Shown here: positions 47,002 through 55,165 of the stretch, piece after piece
Layout of the letters: every line of letters starts with the position of its first letter
Numbering within the stretch: position 1 is the stretch's first letter
Source: Nibricoccus sp.
GTDB lineage: Bacteria; Verrucomicrobiota; Verrucomicrobiia; Opitutales; Opitutaceae
Assembly (NCBI GenBank): GCA_047602425.1
Contig: JASGHG010000001.1
Location: forward strand, 3,136,001-3,200,000
Length of the DNA stretch: 64,000 nucleotides
Direction of reading: 5' to 3'
Program-made: the position numbers and the translations under genes
Notes under the pieces: generated by a model
Databases searched by the model: none
Told to the model about the DNA's origin: nothing
The model's input: the letters and a program-made list of their open reading frames with translations, nothing else

Positions 47002-48641
47002 GGTGAAAATGACGATTTTCGGTTGTTCGTGGGGGAGAAGAGCCGTCCTTGGTCTTTGTCACGTATTACGTGACAATTGGCATTAGCGGTTGACGATTGT
47101 TGTCCATGGGGAGCGAAGGCGATGTGGTAGGTGGCAAGGGTGCGACCGGTTTGGCGGTCGTAGTCGGCAAGGGCTTTGCGGTGATCGGCACGGGCCTGGG
47201 CGGCGGCGATCTCGGCGCTGGAAAGTTGTTCCTGTTGGTAGAGGACGTTGAAGGTTGAGCCCGTTCCGGCGCGCAGGCGCTTGAGTTCGGCCTCGAGCAT
47301 TTCCTCGTTAAGCTTTTGGGCAATTTCGGTGGTGGCCACGCGATTGCGCGTGGACTCGACCTGTTGAGCGGCGTTACTGACGTCGATGAGGATATCCTGT
47401 TCGAGGCGCTCAAGATTAACTTCGGCCTGGCGCAGACGAAGCTTGGCAGCGCGGGCGCGACCGCGCTCGGCGGCGGAAGTCAGAGGAACGCTGACGGAAA
47501 TACCGGCGGAGCTGGCGACATAGGTTTGGCGGCGGGCGTCAGTTCGGCTCGCTGCGAAGTCCGGTCCGATGCCATTGTAGCCATAGCTTCCATTGAGATC
47601 GACGCGCGGTAGCAGTTGATTGCGATAGTAACGCCGGTCGAGGCCGCTTTTATCGACGCCGAGCTTGGCGCTGCGGTAGTCTGGCCGTTGTTTGAGGGCA
47701 TCGCGAAAGCCCGAAGCGGCATCGACGTCGACCGCCGGCGCGACCGGCAGCGGCTCAATGCGCAAATTCCAATGGAGAAAATCGGGGTTGTGTTCGTCAC
47801 CGATAAGTTGCTTGAGAAAATTTTCAGACAAACGAACGCCGCGCTCTGCGCGGAGGACATAGTCTTCGCGGTTGGCGACGCGGGCTTTTGCGGAAAGGAC
47901 ATCATATTCGGATGTCGCTCCTCGCTGACGCCGACCCTCGTTTTCGTTGTGAAGTTGCACGGCCATGTCACGGGAACGGATCGCGCTTCTGAGATAGGCG
48001 TGGGCGAGGTGCAGGTCACTGTAGGCGTAAATGACCTGGGTAATGAGGTTGGTTATGGTCTCGGCATATTCCCACTCGGAGATGGCGAGGTTGGTTCGGG
48101 CGATTCGGATTTCGTACAGACTGGGTGTAAGGCCGAAGTCGCGAAGCAAAGGTTGGGTCAACGAGACTCCGCCATAGGTCGCATAGCTGTCGGCGAAATT
48201 GTTAAACGTGCCCCGCTGATTGCTCGTCGTTGCCCCAAACTGATAGATTGTGCCAAGCGGGAGAAGGCCGGTTAAGGCGAGGCTGGCATCGTTGGTTTTG
48301 GAAACGTCCGCAGCCGGGCGGACGCCGCTGACCGGGTCGATTGGGTTGGGAGCTTCATCTTTCGCTTCCTGATAGGAACCGGTTATTTTAGGATCATACT
48401 TACCCCAGGCTTCGGTGAGCCTGGCGCGTGCGATCTGTGGATTGAACGCATTGACCTTGAGCACGAAGTTTTTTTCAAGGGCGAGACGGATGGCCTGTTC
48501 GAGATTGATGACCTTTTCGGTTTGCGCGGTGTCGGTCGCACCGTTGGCGCGTGGGGCCAGCGGTGACAGCGCGAGCAGAACAAAACCGAACAGACAACTT
48601 TGGAGAAAAAACGACATGATGGAACAGGCGCGGATTGTCAC
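46998..48641 (-). CDS. TolC-family outer membrane efflux protein
   Basis: Signal peptide, LEQAIRLALEKN, LTQPLLRDFG, AL.QRPDY, NQLLPRVDL. The start may be ATG 48617. Confidence 0.9.
   Translation of the reverse strand: MTIRACSIMSFFLQSCLFGFVLLALSPLAPRANGATDTAQTEKVINLEQAIRLALEKNFVLKVNAFNPQIARARLTEAWGKYDPKITGSYQEAKDEAPNPIDPVSGVRPAADVSKTNDASLALTGLLPLGTIYQFGATTSNQRGTFNNFADSYATYGGVSLTQPLLRDFGLTPSLYEIRIARTNLAISEWEYAETITNLITQVIYAYSDLHLAHAYLRSAIRSRDMAVQLHNENEGRRQRGATSEYDVLSAKARVANREDYVLRAERGVRLSENFLKQLIGDEHNPDFLHWNLRIEPLPVAPAVDVDAASGFRDALKQRPDYRSAKLGVDKSGLDRRYYRNQLLPRVDLNGSYGYNGIGPDFAASRTDARRQTYVASSAGISVSVPLTSAAERGRARAAKLRLRQAEVNLERLEQDILIDVSNAAQQVESTRNRVATTEIAQKLNEEMLEAELKRLRAGTGSTFNVLYQQEQLSSAEIAAAQARADHRKALADYDRQTGRTLATYHIAFAPHGQQSSTANANCHVIRDKDQGRLFSPTNNRKSSFSP
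47056..47076. repeat. 21-bp palindrome, in frame in the TolC C-terminal tail
   Basis: TTGTCACGTA-T-TACGTGACAA, a perfect palindrome encoding CHVIRDK. Confidence 0.75.
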
Positions 48642-48644
48642 AGC

Positions 48645-49364
48645 TTAGGCTTTGGCCTGAATGGGATTGGTCGATTCGGTCTGTTCCTGGACGATGCGGC
48701 CGTCGAAGAGATGCACGGTTCGGTCGGCCCGGCTGGCGAAGCGATTATCGTGAGTCACCATGACGATGGTGGCACCTTCACGATGGAGAGCGGAGAGTAG
48801 GTCCATGACCGCTTCACCGTTTTTCGAGTCGAGGTTACCGGTTGGTTCGTCCGCGAGGAGGACGGCGGGATCGCCGGCGAGGGCGCGGGCGACGGCGACA
48901 CGCTGTTGCTGACCGCCGGAGAGTTGCGAAGGCAGGTGTTTTGCACGATGGCTCATGCCGACTTTTTCGAGAGCACCGAGGACGCGTTGTTTGCGTTCGG
49001 CCGGGGCCATGCCGCGGTAGCTGAGCGGAAGCTCGACGTTTTCGAACACGTTGAGATCGCCGATCAAGTTGAATGATTGAAAAATGAAACCGATCTCGCG
49101 GTTGCGGATGCGGGCGCGGTCCGCGAGCGTGAGGCTTTGGACCGGCTGATTATTCAGCATGTAGGTGCCGTCGGACGGTGTGTCGAGCAGTCCAAGGATG
49201 GACAGCAGGGTGGATTTTCCGCAACCGGAAGGGCCGGCGATCGAGAGATATTCGCCCTTGTTGATTTCGAGGTGGATGCCGGAGAGGGCATGTGTTTCGA
49301 CCTCGTCGGCGAGGAAAACCTTGGTGACGGCGTTGAGCTGGATGAGAGGTGTTTTTTGTGACAT
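48645..49364 (-). CDS. ABC transporter ATP-binding protein (LolD/MacB-ATPase type)
   Basis: [48 protein letters not shown]. Confidence 0.95.
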   Translation of the reverse strand: MSQKTPLIQLNAVTKVFLADEVETHALSGIHLEINKGEYLSIAGPSGCGKSTLLSILGLLDTPSDGTYMLNNQPVQSLTLADRARIRNREIGFIFQSFNLIGDLNVFENVELPLSYRGMAPAERKQRVLGALEKVGMSHRAKHLPSQLSGGQQQRVAVARALAGDPAVLLADEPTGNLDSKNGEAVMDLLSALHREGATIVMVTHDNRFASRADRTVHLFDGRIVQEQTESTNPIQAKA

Positions 49365-49391
49365 GGAGGTTGGATAGGGTTCGTGTTGAAA

Positions 49392-50645
49392 TCAGTTGAG
49401 TTTGATGCGGTCGGTGGAATCCCACTGGGACATATCGGAAAGGATCACGCGGTCGCCGGGGTGCAGGCCGTTGACGATTTCGATGGTGTTGACCGAACTA
49501 CGGCCGAGTTGGACGGTGGCGCGCTGGGCATGCACTCCATCGGCCGCGAGGAGGAAGAGGCCGATGTTGCTGCGTTCCTGGCCGGAAGCGGGGCGGCCAA
49601 CGTAGATGATGTCATTGAGCCGCTCGAGTTCAATGGTGCCATCGACGGAGAGAGACGGACGGGCGCCTCTGGGCAGCTCGCTGGTGAGGCGGATGTCGAC
49701 CGTCACAGTGCCATTTTGCACGGAAGGATCGATGCGGGAAACACGGCCTTCGATCAGGCCATTGCGCGTGTCGATGGAGGCTGGTTGGTCAAGTTGGATG
49801 TCGCGGGCCTGGGTTTCAGCAATGCGCACCTCGGCCTTGAGATGACTGGGATCGACGACGCGGGCGACGTTGGCGCCGGGCTGGACTTGGGCGCCCACTT
49901 CGACCGGCAACTCTTGAAGGACGCCATTCATGCCCGCGCGGACGTTGAGCGCTTCGGCATCGTCGCGGCGGAGTTTGGCCTGGGCTGTGGCGCGGTCGAC
50001 CGCTGCCTGTTTTACGGCGAGTTGCGGTTCGAGCGAGTCCTTTGTGAAGGCGTAGCGTTTCTTTTCGATTTCATAGCGGGAAGAGGCGTCCTCGGCGGCG
50101 ACTTTCGAGCGACGTAGTTCAAGAGCGGATACAAGACCGTCCTTGAACAAATCCTCGTTGACCTCGGCTTGAAGGCGGGTGGTCTCAAACGAGGATTTTG
50201 CCGCGGCGAGGCTGGCCTCGGCGTCGAGCACACCGCGTTGAAGCTGAACGTTGAAGGTGACGAATTCCGCTTCGGCGGACTTGAGGTCGGCCTCGGCGTC
50301 GACCGCGGCTTGTTGCACAGTCGGATTGGCCAGCACCAGGATCACGCTCTCGGGTTCGACGGCAGCGCCGGGACGCAGCACGATGCGTTCGACGCGGCCT
50401 TGTGTGCGAGCGGCGATCCAGCGGATTTCCTCGGGAATCAGCGTGCCGAGACCGCGAACTTGCCGAACCATTGAGCCCCGCTTAACGGTGTCGATCCAGA
50501 CAAGATTTTTGTCGACGGTCGGCGCCGCGGGTTTGAGGCGCGCAACGAGCACACTGACGACGATCAAAACTAAAGCGCCAGCGACGGCGTAGGTGAGACG
50601 ACGTTTCTTTTTGGCGCGGGCCAGATCGGGACGGGCGATATCCAT
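49392..50645 (-). CDS. Efflux periplasmic adaptor (HlyD/MacA family membrane fusion protein)
   Basis: MDIARP, N-terminal TM, VKRG.MVRQVRG.GTLIP, coiled hairpin, GRVSRIDPSV.NGTVTVD, GL.PGDRVILSD. Confidence 0.92.
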   Translation of the reverse strand: MDIARPDLARAKKKRRLTYAVAGALVLIVVSVLVARLKPAAPTVDKNLVWIDTVKRGSMVRQVRGLGTLIPEEIRWIAARTQGRVERIVLRPGAAVEPESVILVLANPTVQQAAVDAEADLKSAEAEFVTFNVQLQRGVLDAEASLAAAKSSFETTRLQAEVNEDLFKDGLVSALELRRSKVAAEDASSRYEIEKKRYAFTKDSLEPQLAVKQAAVDRATAQAKLRRDDAEALNVRAGMNGVLQELPVEVGAQVQPGANVARVVDPSHLKAEVRIAETQARDIQLDQPASIDTRNGLIEGRVSRIDPSVQNGTVTVDIRLTSELPRGARPSLSVDGTIELERLNDIIYVGRPASGQERSNIGLFLLAADGVHAQRATVQLGRSSVNTIEIVNGLHPGDRVILSDMSQWDSTDRIKLN

Positions 50646-50656
50646 ATCCCTCTAAT

Positions 50657-50673
50657 TGCAGTCACCATGCCAA
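50657..50673 (-). promoter_or_regulatory. Sigma-54 (-24/-12) promoter of the transporter operon
   Basis: Minus strand TTGGCATGGTGACTGCA (GG-N10-GC), 11 nt upstream of the adaptor ATG, next to an NtrC-family activator gene. Confidence 0.8.
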
Positions 50674-50747
50674 GCATATTTAGATTTTATAAGATGCGAA
50701 GCAATAAATAGATAAAAATTACTGCAACCAATCGGATAATCCAAACT

Positions 50748-50785
50748 GACCGATGTTGGGAATACGCCGTCCCAAAAATGGGACG
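50748..50785. promoter_or_regulatory. Candidate enhancer (UAS) for the sigma-54 activator
   Basis: Perfect palindrome CGTCCCA-AAAA-TGGGACG (50768-50785) plus a weaker GACC-N6-GGGA site 22 bp away; starts 95 bp from the -24 end. Confidence 0.7.
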
Positions 50786-50799
50786 ATTTTCGAGGGTTG

Positions 50800-52131
50800 C
50801 TAAACCGGCAATTTCAAGGTGGCGATGCAGCCCGGTTCTGGCGCGCGGTTTTCCAACACGAGAGTACCGCCGTGATTTTCGGCAATTTGGCGGCTCAGCA
50901 CGAGGCCGATGCCTGTGCCTTCAGCCTTGGTGGTGAAAAAGGGAACGAAAAGATTGGCCGGATTGGCGATGCCGGGGCCGTCGTCTTCGACCATGATTTC
51001 GACGGTGCGCCCGGTGTGTATCCATTTTAGTCTTACGTTTGCTTCAGTGTGGCCGGCCGCACGTTGTTCGAGTGCGGCTTCGGTGGCGTTTTTCAAAAGG
51101 TTGATCAGGGTCTGTTCGATTTGTGCGGCATCGCACGAAATCGTAATATCGGGACCTCCGAGTATTTTTGCCGGCTGGCGGAGTTCGATCGCGCTCACGC
51201 GGTCGACGAGGAGCTTTACGGAGCAAGGAGCGCGCACCGGCTGTGGCAGACGCGCGAGCCGGGCGTAAGCCTGCATGAAACGAGTGAGGCTCTCGGCGCG
51301 CGATGAGATGATGTCGAGGCCGCCCAGCATGTCGGCTTCCCAATCGGAAGCGCGTCTCGGGCTTTTGAAAATCTGTGCGAGACTGCCGGCGATGGATTTG
51401 ATGGGCGTGAGCGAATTATTGAGTTCGTGTCCGATCACGCGCACGAGCCGCTGCCATGCCTGGAGCTCCTCGGCGCGCAGAGCCTGGCTCAGATCGGCGA
51501 TGACAACCAGTTCGTGGGGAAGGCCCTTTTCGCGAAACGAAGTCCGTCGCAGACCCCAGCGTCCGGTTCCACCCGGGAAAGTTGTGTCACCAAGCAAACG
51601 GTTCGGTTCGCCCCTCAGGCATTCGGCCAGACCGAGTTCGGCGGCGGGCCGGTGCAGCAGCTTTTCGGCGGGTGCGGCCAGAAGTTTTTCGCCGGCGCGA
51701 TTGGTGAGTTTGAGCTGGCCGGAGCTGTCGAAGGCGAACACGGCGACCTCGATTGTTTCCATCACGGTATGAAGCAAGGCGGTGGCTTCATGGGCGCTGA
51801 GCCGTTGCTCATGCAGCACGCGGCTCAGCTGGTTTATCTCCATGAACAGCTCGCCGAGCGGATCGTCGTGGCGGGCGGCATGGGCGCGAACCGAAAAATC
51901 GCCTTCGCGCAAGGCGGCGAGAAGATTGGCCGCGGTCTGGAGCGGGCGAATGACGCGGTTGTGAAGCGCCGCCGAAAAACCGAACCAACAACCTAAGATA
52001 AGAAACGTCAGCGTGAGCTGAAGATTGAACGAGTGATCGCCTGTCCAGAGAAGCCACAGACCCAGCGCCGCGGCCGGTGCGCCGGCGAAAATGGCGTAGA
52101 GAAAAATATGGCGATCGTGCGAAAGTCGCAT
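50800..52131 (-). CDS. Membrane sensor histidine kinase (HAMP-PAS-HisKA-HATPase)
   Basis: Two TMs, VIGHELNNSLTPI, INLLKNATEA, DDGPG, FVPFFTTK, GTGIGL. Confidence 0.93.
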   Translation of the reverse strand: MRLSHDRHIFLYAIFAGAPAAALGLWLLWTGDHSFNLQLTLTFLILGCWFGFSAALHNRVIRPLQTAANLLAALREGDFSVRAHAARHDDPLGELFMEINQLSRVLHEQRLSAHEATALLHTVMETIEVAVFAFDSSGQLKLTNRAGEKLLAAPAEKLLHRPAAELGLAECLRGEPNRLLGDTTFPGGTGRWGLRRTSFREKGLPHELVVIADLSQALRAEELQAWQRLVRVIGHELNNSLTPIKSIAGSLAQIFKSPRRASDWEADMLGGLDIISSRAESLTRFMQAYARLARLPQPVRAPCSVKLLVDRVSAIELRQPAKILGGPDITISCDAAQIEQTLINLLKNATEAALEQRAAGHTEANVRLKWIHTGRTVEIMVEDDGPGIANPANLFVPFFTTKAEGTGIGLVLSRQIAENHGGTLVLENRAPEPGCIATLKLPV

Positions 52132-52161
52132 GAAGAGGGTTTTGTTGCCTCTTCGGTATGG

Positions 52162-53529
52162 CTAAAGTCCGTATTTTTCCAGCCTTCTGTAGAAGGCGCT
52201 GCGGCTCAGGCCAAGTTCCTCGGCGGCTTCGCGGGCGTTGCCATTGCAGCGGGCGAGGGTGCGTTTGATGAGATAACCTTCAACTTCCTCCAAACTCATT
52301 TCGTCGAGACTCTGTGAGGTTTGACTGGCATTGAGGCCGAGATCGACCGCGCGGATCGCCTTGTTCGTGGCCATGAGGACGCCGCGCTCGACGGCATGGT
52401 CGAGTTCGCGGACGTTGCCCGGCCAGGGATAGCGGTTGAGCAAATTGAGGGCGTCTTCATCGAACCCGGTGACGGCCTTGCGGTAACGGCCGACGTGTTG
52501 CTTGAGGAAATGTTGGGCGAGAAGCGGTATGTCTTCGCGACGTTCGCGCAACGGCGGCAGGTGGATATGGATGGTGTTGAGGCGGAACAGGAGATCCTGG
52601 CGGAATTTCCCGGCGGCCACCTCGCCTGGCAGATCGGAATTGGTTGCGGAAACAAGGCGGACATTGACCCGATGCGTTTTCGAAGAGCCCACACGTTCGA
52701 ATTCGCCGCGCTCCAGCGTGCGGAGCAATTTGGCCTGCTGGGTGAGCGGAATATTGCCGATCTCGTCTAGGAAAAGAGTCCCTCCATCGGCCAGTTCGAA
52801 GCGTCCGGCGCGGTCGGCCTTGGCATCGGTGAAAGCACCTTTGACGTGGCCGAACAATTCGCTCTCAAACAATCCCTCGGGCAGCCCGCCCATGTTGACG
52901 GAAATCAGCGGCTTGACCGCGCGGGACGAGGTCGCGTGAAGGGCTTGAGCGATAACGCCTTTGCCCGTGCCATTTTCACCGGTGATGAGGATATTGGCGT
53001 CCGATGGACCGACGCGGGCAATGACTTCGAGGACGGGGCGCATGGCGGGCGACTGCGCGATGAGCACGGGCCCGGCGGAACCGCGGAGAAGTTTATTTTC
53101 TTCTTCAAGCCGCCGGTAAGTGCGCATGGCGCTGCCGAGTTCCACCTGAGTGCGCACAGTGGCGATAAGGCGGGGATTGTCCCACGGTTTGGTAATGAAA
53201 TCCTTGGCACCCCGTCGCATGGCTTCGACGGCGAGTTCGACCGTGGCCCACGCGGTCATGACGACAATGGGCAGGCCTGAGTCGAGGGTTTGAATGCGAC
53301 TGAGCAACTCGAACCCTTCCTGTCCGGACGTTGTATCTCGCGCATAGTTTAGGTCCATGATCACCAGCGAGAACTCGCGGGCCTCGATGGCGCGCAGGAC
53401 GGTGGCAGGCGATTTGGCGGTTTCGATTTGATATCCTTCGGCCTTGAGAAGCAGGCGGAGTGCTTCGAGCACGTCGGCTTGGTCGTCGGCAACGAGAATC
53501 CGGTGGGCGGTGGGGTCCGAAAGGGCCAT
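52162..53529 (-). CDS. Sigma-54-dependent response regulator (NtrC family)
   Basis: REC (VADD, MDLNY, KPW), AAA+ GENGTGK, ESELFGH.KGAFTDA, LFLDEIG, FRQDL.FRLN, WPGNVREL, Fis-type HTH. Confidence 0.95.
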   Translation of the reverse strand: MALSDPTAHRILVADDQADVLEALRLLLKAEGYQIETAKSPATVLRAIEAREFSLVIMDLNYARDTTSGQEGFELLSRIQTLDSGLPIVVMTAWATVELAVEAMRRGAKDFITKPWDNPRLIATVRTQVELGSAMRTYRRLEEENKLLRGSAGPVLIAQSPAMRPVLEVIARVGPSDANILITGENGTGKGVIAQALHATSSRAVKPLISVNMGGLPEGLFESELFGHVKGAFTDAKADRAGRFELADGGTLFLDEIGNIPLTQQAKLLRTLERGEFERVGSSKTHRVNVRLVSATNSDLPGEVAAGKFRQDLLFRLNTIHIHLPPLRERREDIPLLAQHFLKQHVGRYRKAVTGFDEDALNLLNRYPWPGNVRELDHAVERGVLMATNKAIRAVDLGLNASQTSQSLDEMSLEEVEGYLIKRTLARCNGNAREAAEELGLSRSAFYRRLEKYGL

Positions 53530-53598
53530 GGGAAACAAGCGGGCAGGTTAGGTGATATCTCCGGGATCGGGCAAGGGCGGAAGAGTGCGCGCGAATTT

Positions 53599-53880
53599 TT
53601 ATGCGATCATCTTTTCCGCCCGGTGACCGCCGTGGGTATGAGCATGGCGAATGAGCGAAACGCGAATCCAATGACGGCTGGGCCTTGCGGACAGCTTCAG
53701 ACCGAACCGCGCATAACGGGGGGCGTAGTCCGCCGCAGTCAGGAAGAAAAGACCTGCGAGCGTGTAGGCACCGAAGAGAAGGTCGGCGGAAAATTCGCGA
53801 CCGGCGAGAAGCCAAGCGCAAATGGTGGGAGCGGAGAGGCTCAAGGCGAGCATGATGATGAGGCGATTTGAGTTTTTCAT
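53599..53880 (-). CDS. Hypothetical small membrane protein (93 aa)
   Basis: Two hydrophobic segments followed by ADYAPR and a basic tail; preceded by a sigma-54 promoter. Confidence 0.6.
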   Translation of the reverse strand: MKNSNRLIIMLALSLSAPTICAWLLAGREFSADLLFGAYTLAGLFFLTAADYAPRYARFGLKLSARPSRHWIRVSLIRHAHTHGGHRAEKMIA

Positions 53881-53907
53881 GATGTCTTTTGGTTGCGCTT
53901 TATTATT

Positions 53908-53924
53908 CGCAACAAGCATGCCAA
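53908..53924 (-). promoter_or_regulatory. Sigma-54 (-24/-12) promoter
   Basis: Minus strand TTGGCATGCTTGTTGCG (GG-N10-GC), a very close match to TGGCAC-N5-TTGC. Confidence 0.82.
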
Positions 53925-53999
53925 GTGGTTGTATGAAGTATAAATACCGTAGCACCAAGACATAGCAGATTAACGCAATTGATCTTCGCTGCGCAAAAA

Positions 54000-54037
54000 C
54001 ACCGTGCGCGGGAAAATTTATTCCCGAAAATGGGACG
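54000..54037. promoter_or_regulatory. Second copy of the candidate enhancer (UAS)
   Basis: ATTCCCG-AAAA-TGGGACG (54020-54037) plus CACC-N6-GGGA 22 bp away; starts 96 bp from the -24 end. Confidence 0.7.
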
Positions 54038-54099
54038 CCCGGCGCAAGAGACGAAGCGGGTGGTATTATATCTGGATTATGGTTAGGCCAATTGCAGTA

Positions 54100-54939
54100 T
54101 CAATGGCGTACGGCCGACCAGAAACGGCATTCGTCGGAGAAGTCAGTTACGGCTTTCGACTCACGGGCGATATCACGGCGCAAGGCGTCGAAAGTGTGAT
54201 GCCAGCCGGTGGCGGCGAGATCGTCGAGAATTTCATTGCGGTCTGGCAGATGCATGAAGGTTCGGCCTGTCTCGTCTTCGAAATAGCGATCGCCGAATTC
54301 GAGGAGGCGCGGATCCTGTTTGCCTTCCGACCAACGAAGTTTTTCGAGTCGCCACAGAGCCTGCTCGGTCGCGCTGGAATCGCGATCGTGGGTGGTAAAA
54401 AGCAGCGGCGCGCCCGGGCGACAGACAGCGTGCAGTTCGCGGAGTGCGGCTCGCCGGTTGTCGCGACCAGGAATCTGCATCACCCCGTTAAACATGAAGA
54501 GAGCGCCGGCAAACGAACCATTGTCATCCATTAGATGACAAGTGCTGCTGGATGGTGGCCGGGGCGAAAAGGCAGTTTTGTCATCTAATAGATGACAAAG
54601 GTTTGGTGCGGATTGGCGGAGGTGGGTGGCGTCGGCGTGGTGGAAACGGATGGCGGTGGCGCCTCGTTCGGCGGCGAGGCTGCGGGCTTGTTCGACGAGT
54701 TCCTCGGCGAAATCGAAGGCGGTGAGATTGTGATAGCCTTCGTGCCAGAGTCCGAGCGTGACACGGCCGGAGCCGCAGCCAGCTTCGAGGAGAGGAGCGG
54801 TTTTGTCGGTGAAGAAACGTTCGATCAAGAGCTGTTCGGATTTCCAGAGGCCGAGGAAGTGTGCGGCGCGCGTATAGTGAACGACGGCAATGGGATCGTT
54901 GAAATCGGCGCGGACGGTTTCTGAAGATATTTTTTTCAC
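54100..54939 (-). CDS. Class I SAM-dependent methyltransferase
   Basis: LLEAGCGSGR, AFDFAEELV, HADAT, ALRELHAVCRPGA. GTG start at 54939 is inferred. Confidence 0.88.
   Translation of the reverse strand: MKKISSETVRADFNDPIAVVHYTRAAHFLGLWKSEQLLIERFFTDKTAPLLEAGCGSGRVTLGLWHEGYHNLTAFDFAEELVEQARSLAAERGATAIRFHHADATHLRQSAPNLCHLLDDKTAFSPRPPSSSTCHLMDDNGSFAGALFMFNGVMQIPGRDNRRAALRELHAVCRPGAPLLFTTHDRDSSATEQALWRLEKLRWSEGKQDPRLLEFGDRYFEDETGRTFMHLPDRNEILDDLAATGWHHTFDALRRDIARESKAVTDFSDECRFWSAVRH
54521..54598. repeat. Two 21-bp palindromes, in frame in the methyltransferase
   Basis: TTGTCATCCA-T-TAGATGACAA (54521-54541) and TTGTCATCTA-A-TAGATGACAA (54578-54598), encoding CHLMDDN and CHLLDDK. Confidence 0.8.
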
Positions 54940-55021
54940 GTGAAGGCCGCAAAGAAGGCGAAAAGAGGCAGAGCGGAGGGTTTGGCGGGAACGGAGCGAA
55001 TTGAGAGACGTGGCTGGTGGG

Positions 55022-55059
55022 CAACGCTCAACTTTCAACGTTTAACGCTCAACGCTCAA
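55022..55059. repeat. Intergenic heptamer tandem repeat (CAACGCT type)
   Basis: CAACGCT CAACTTT CAACGTT TAACGCT CAACGCT CAA. Confidence 0.75.
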
Positions 55060-55165
55060 GTGACGGAGTGCGGGCGCCGTCAGTGCCAATTTTGATGGGC
55101 AGAAGTGGAAATGAGCCAATTGGTGTCTGGGATGAGCTCCGTTTGCTCCATTTCCCCTGTGAAAT

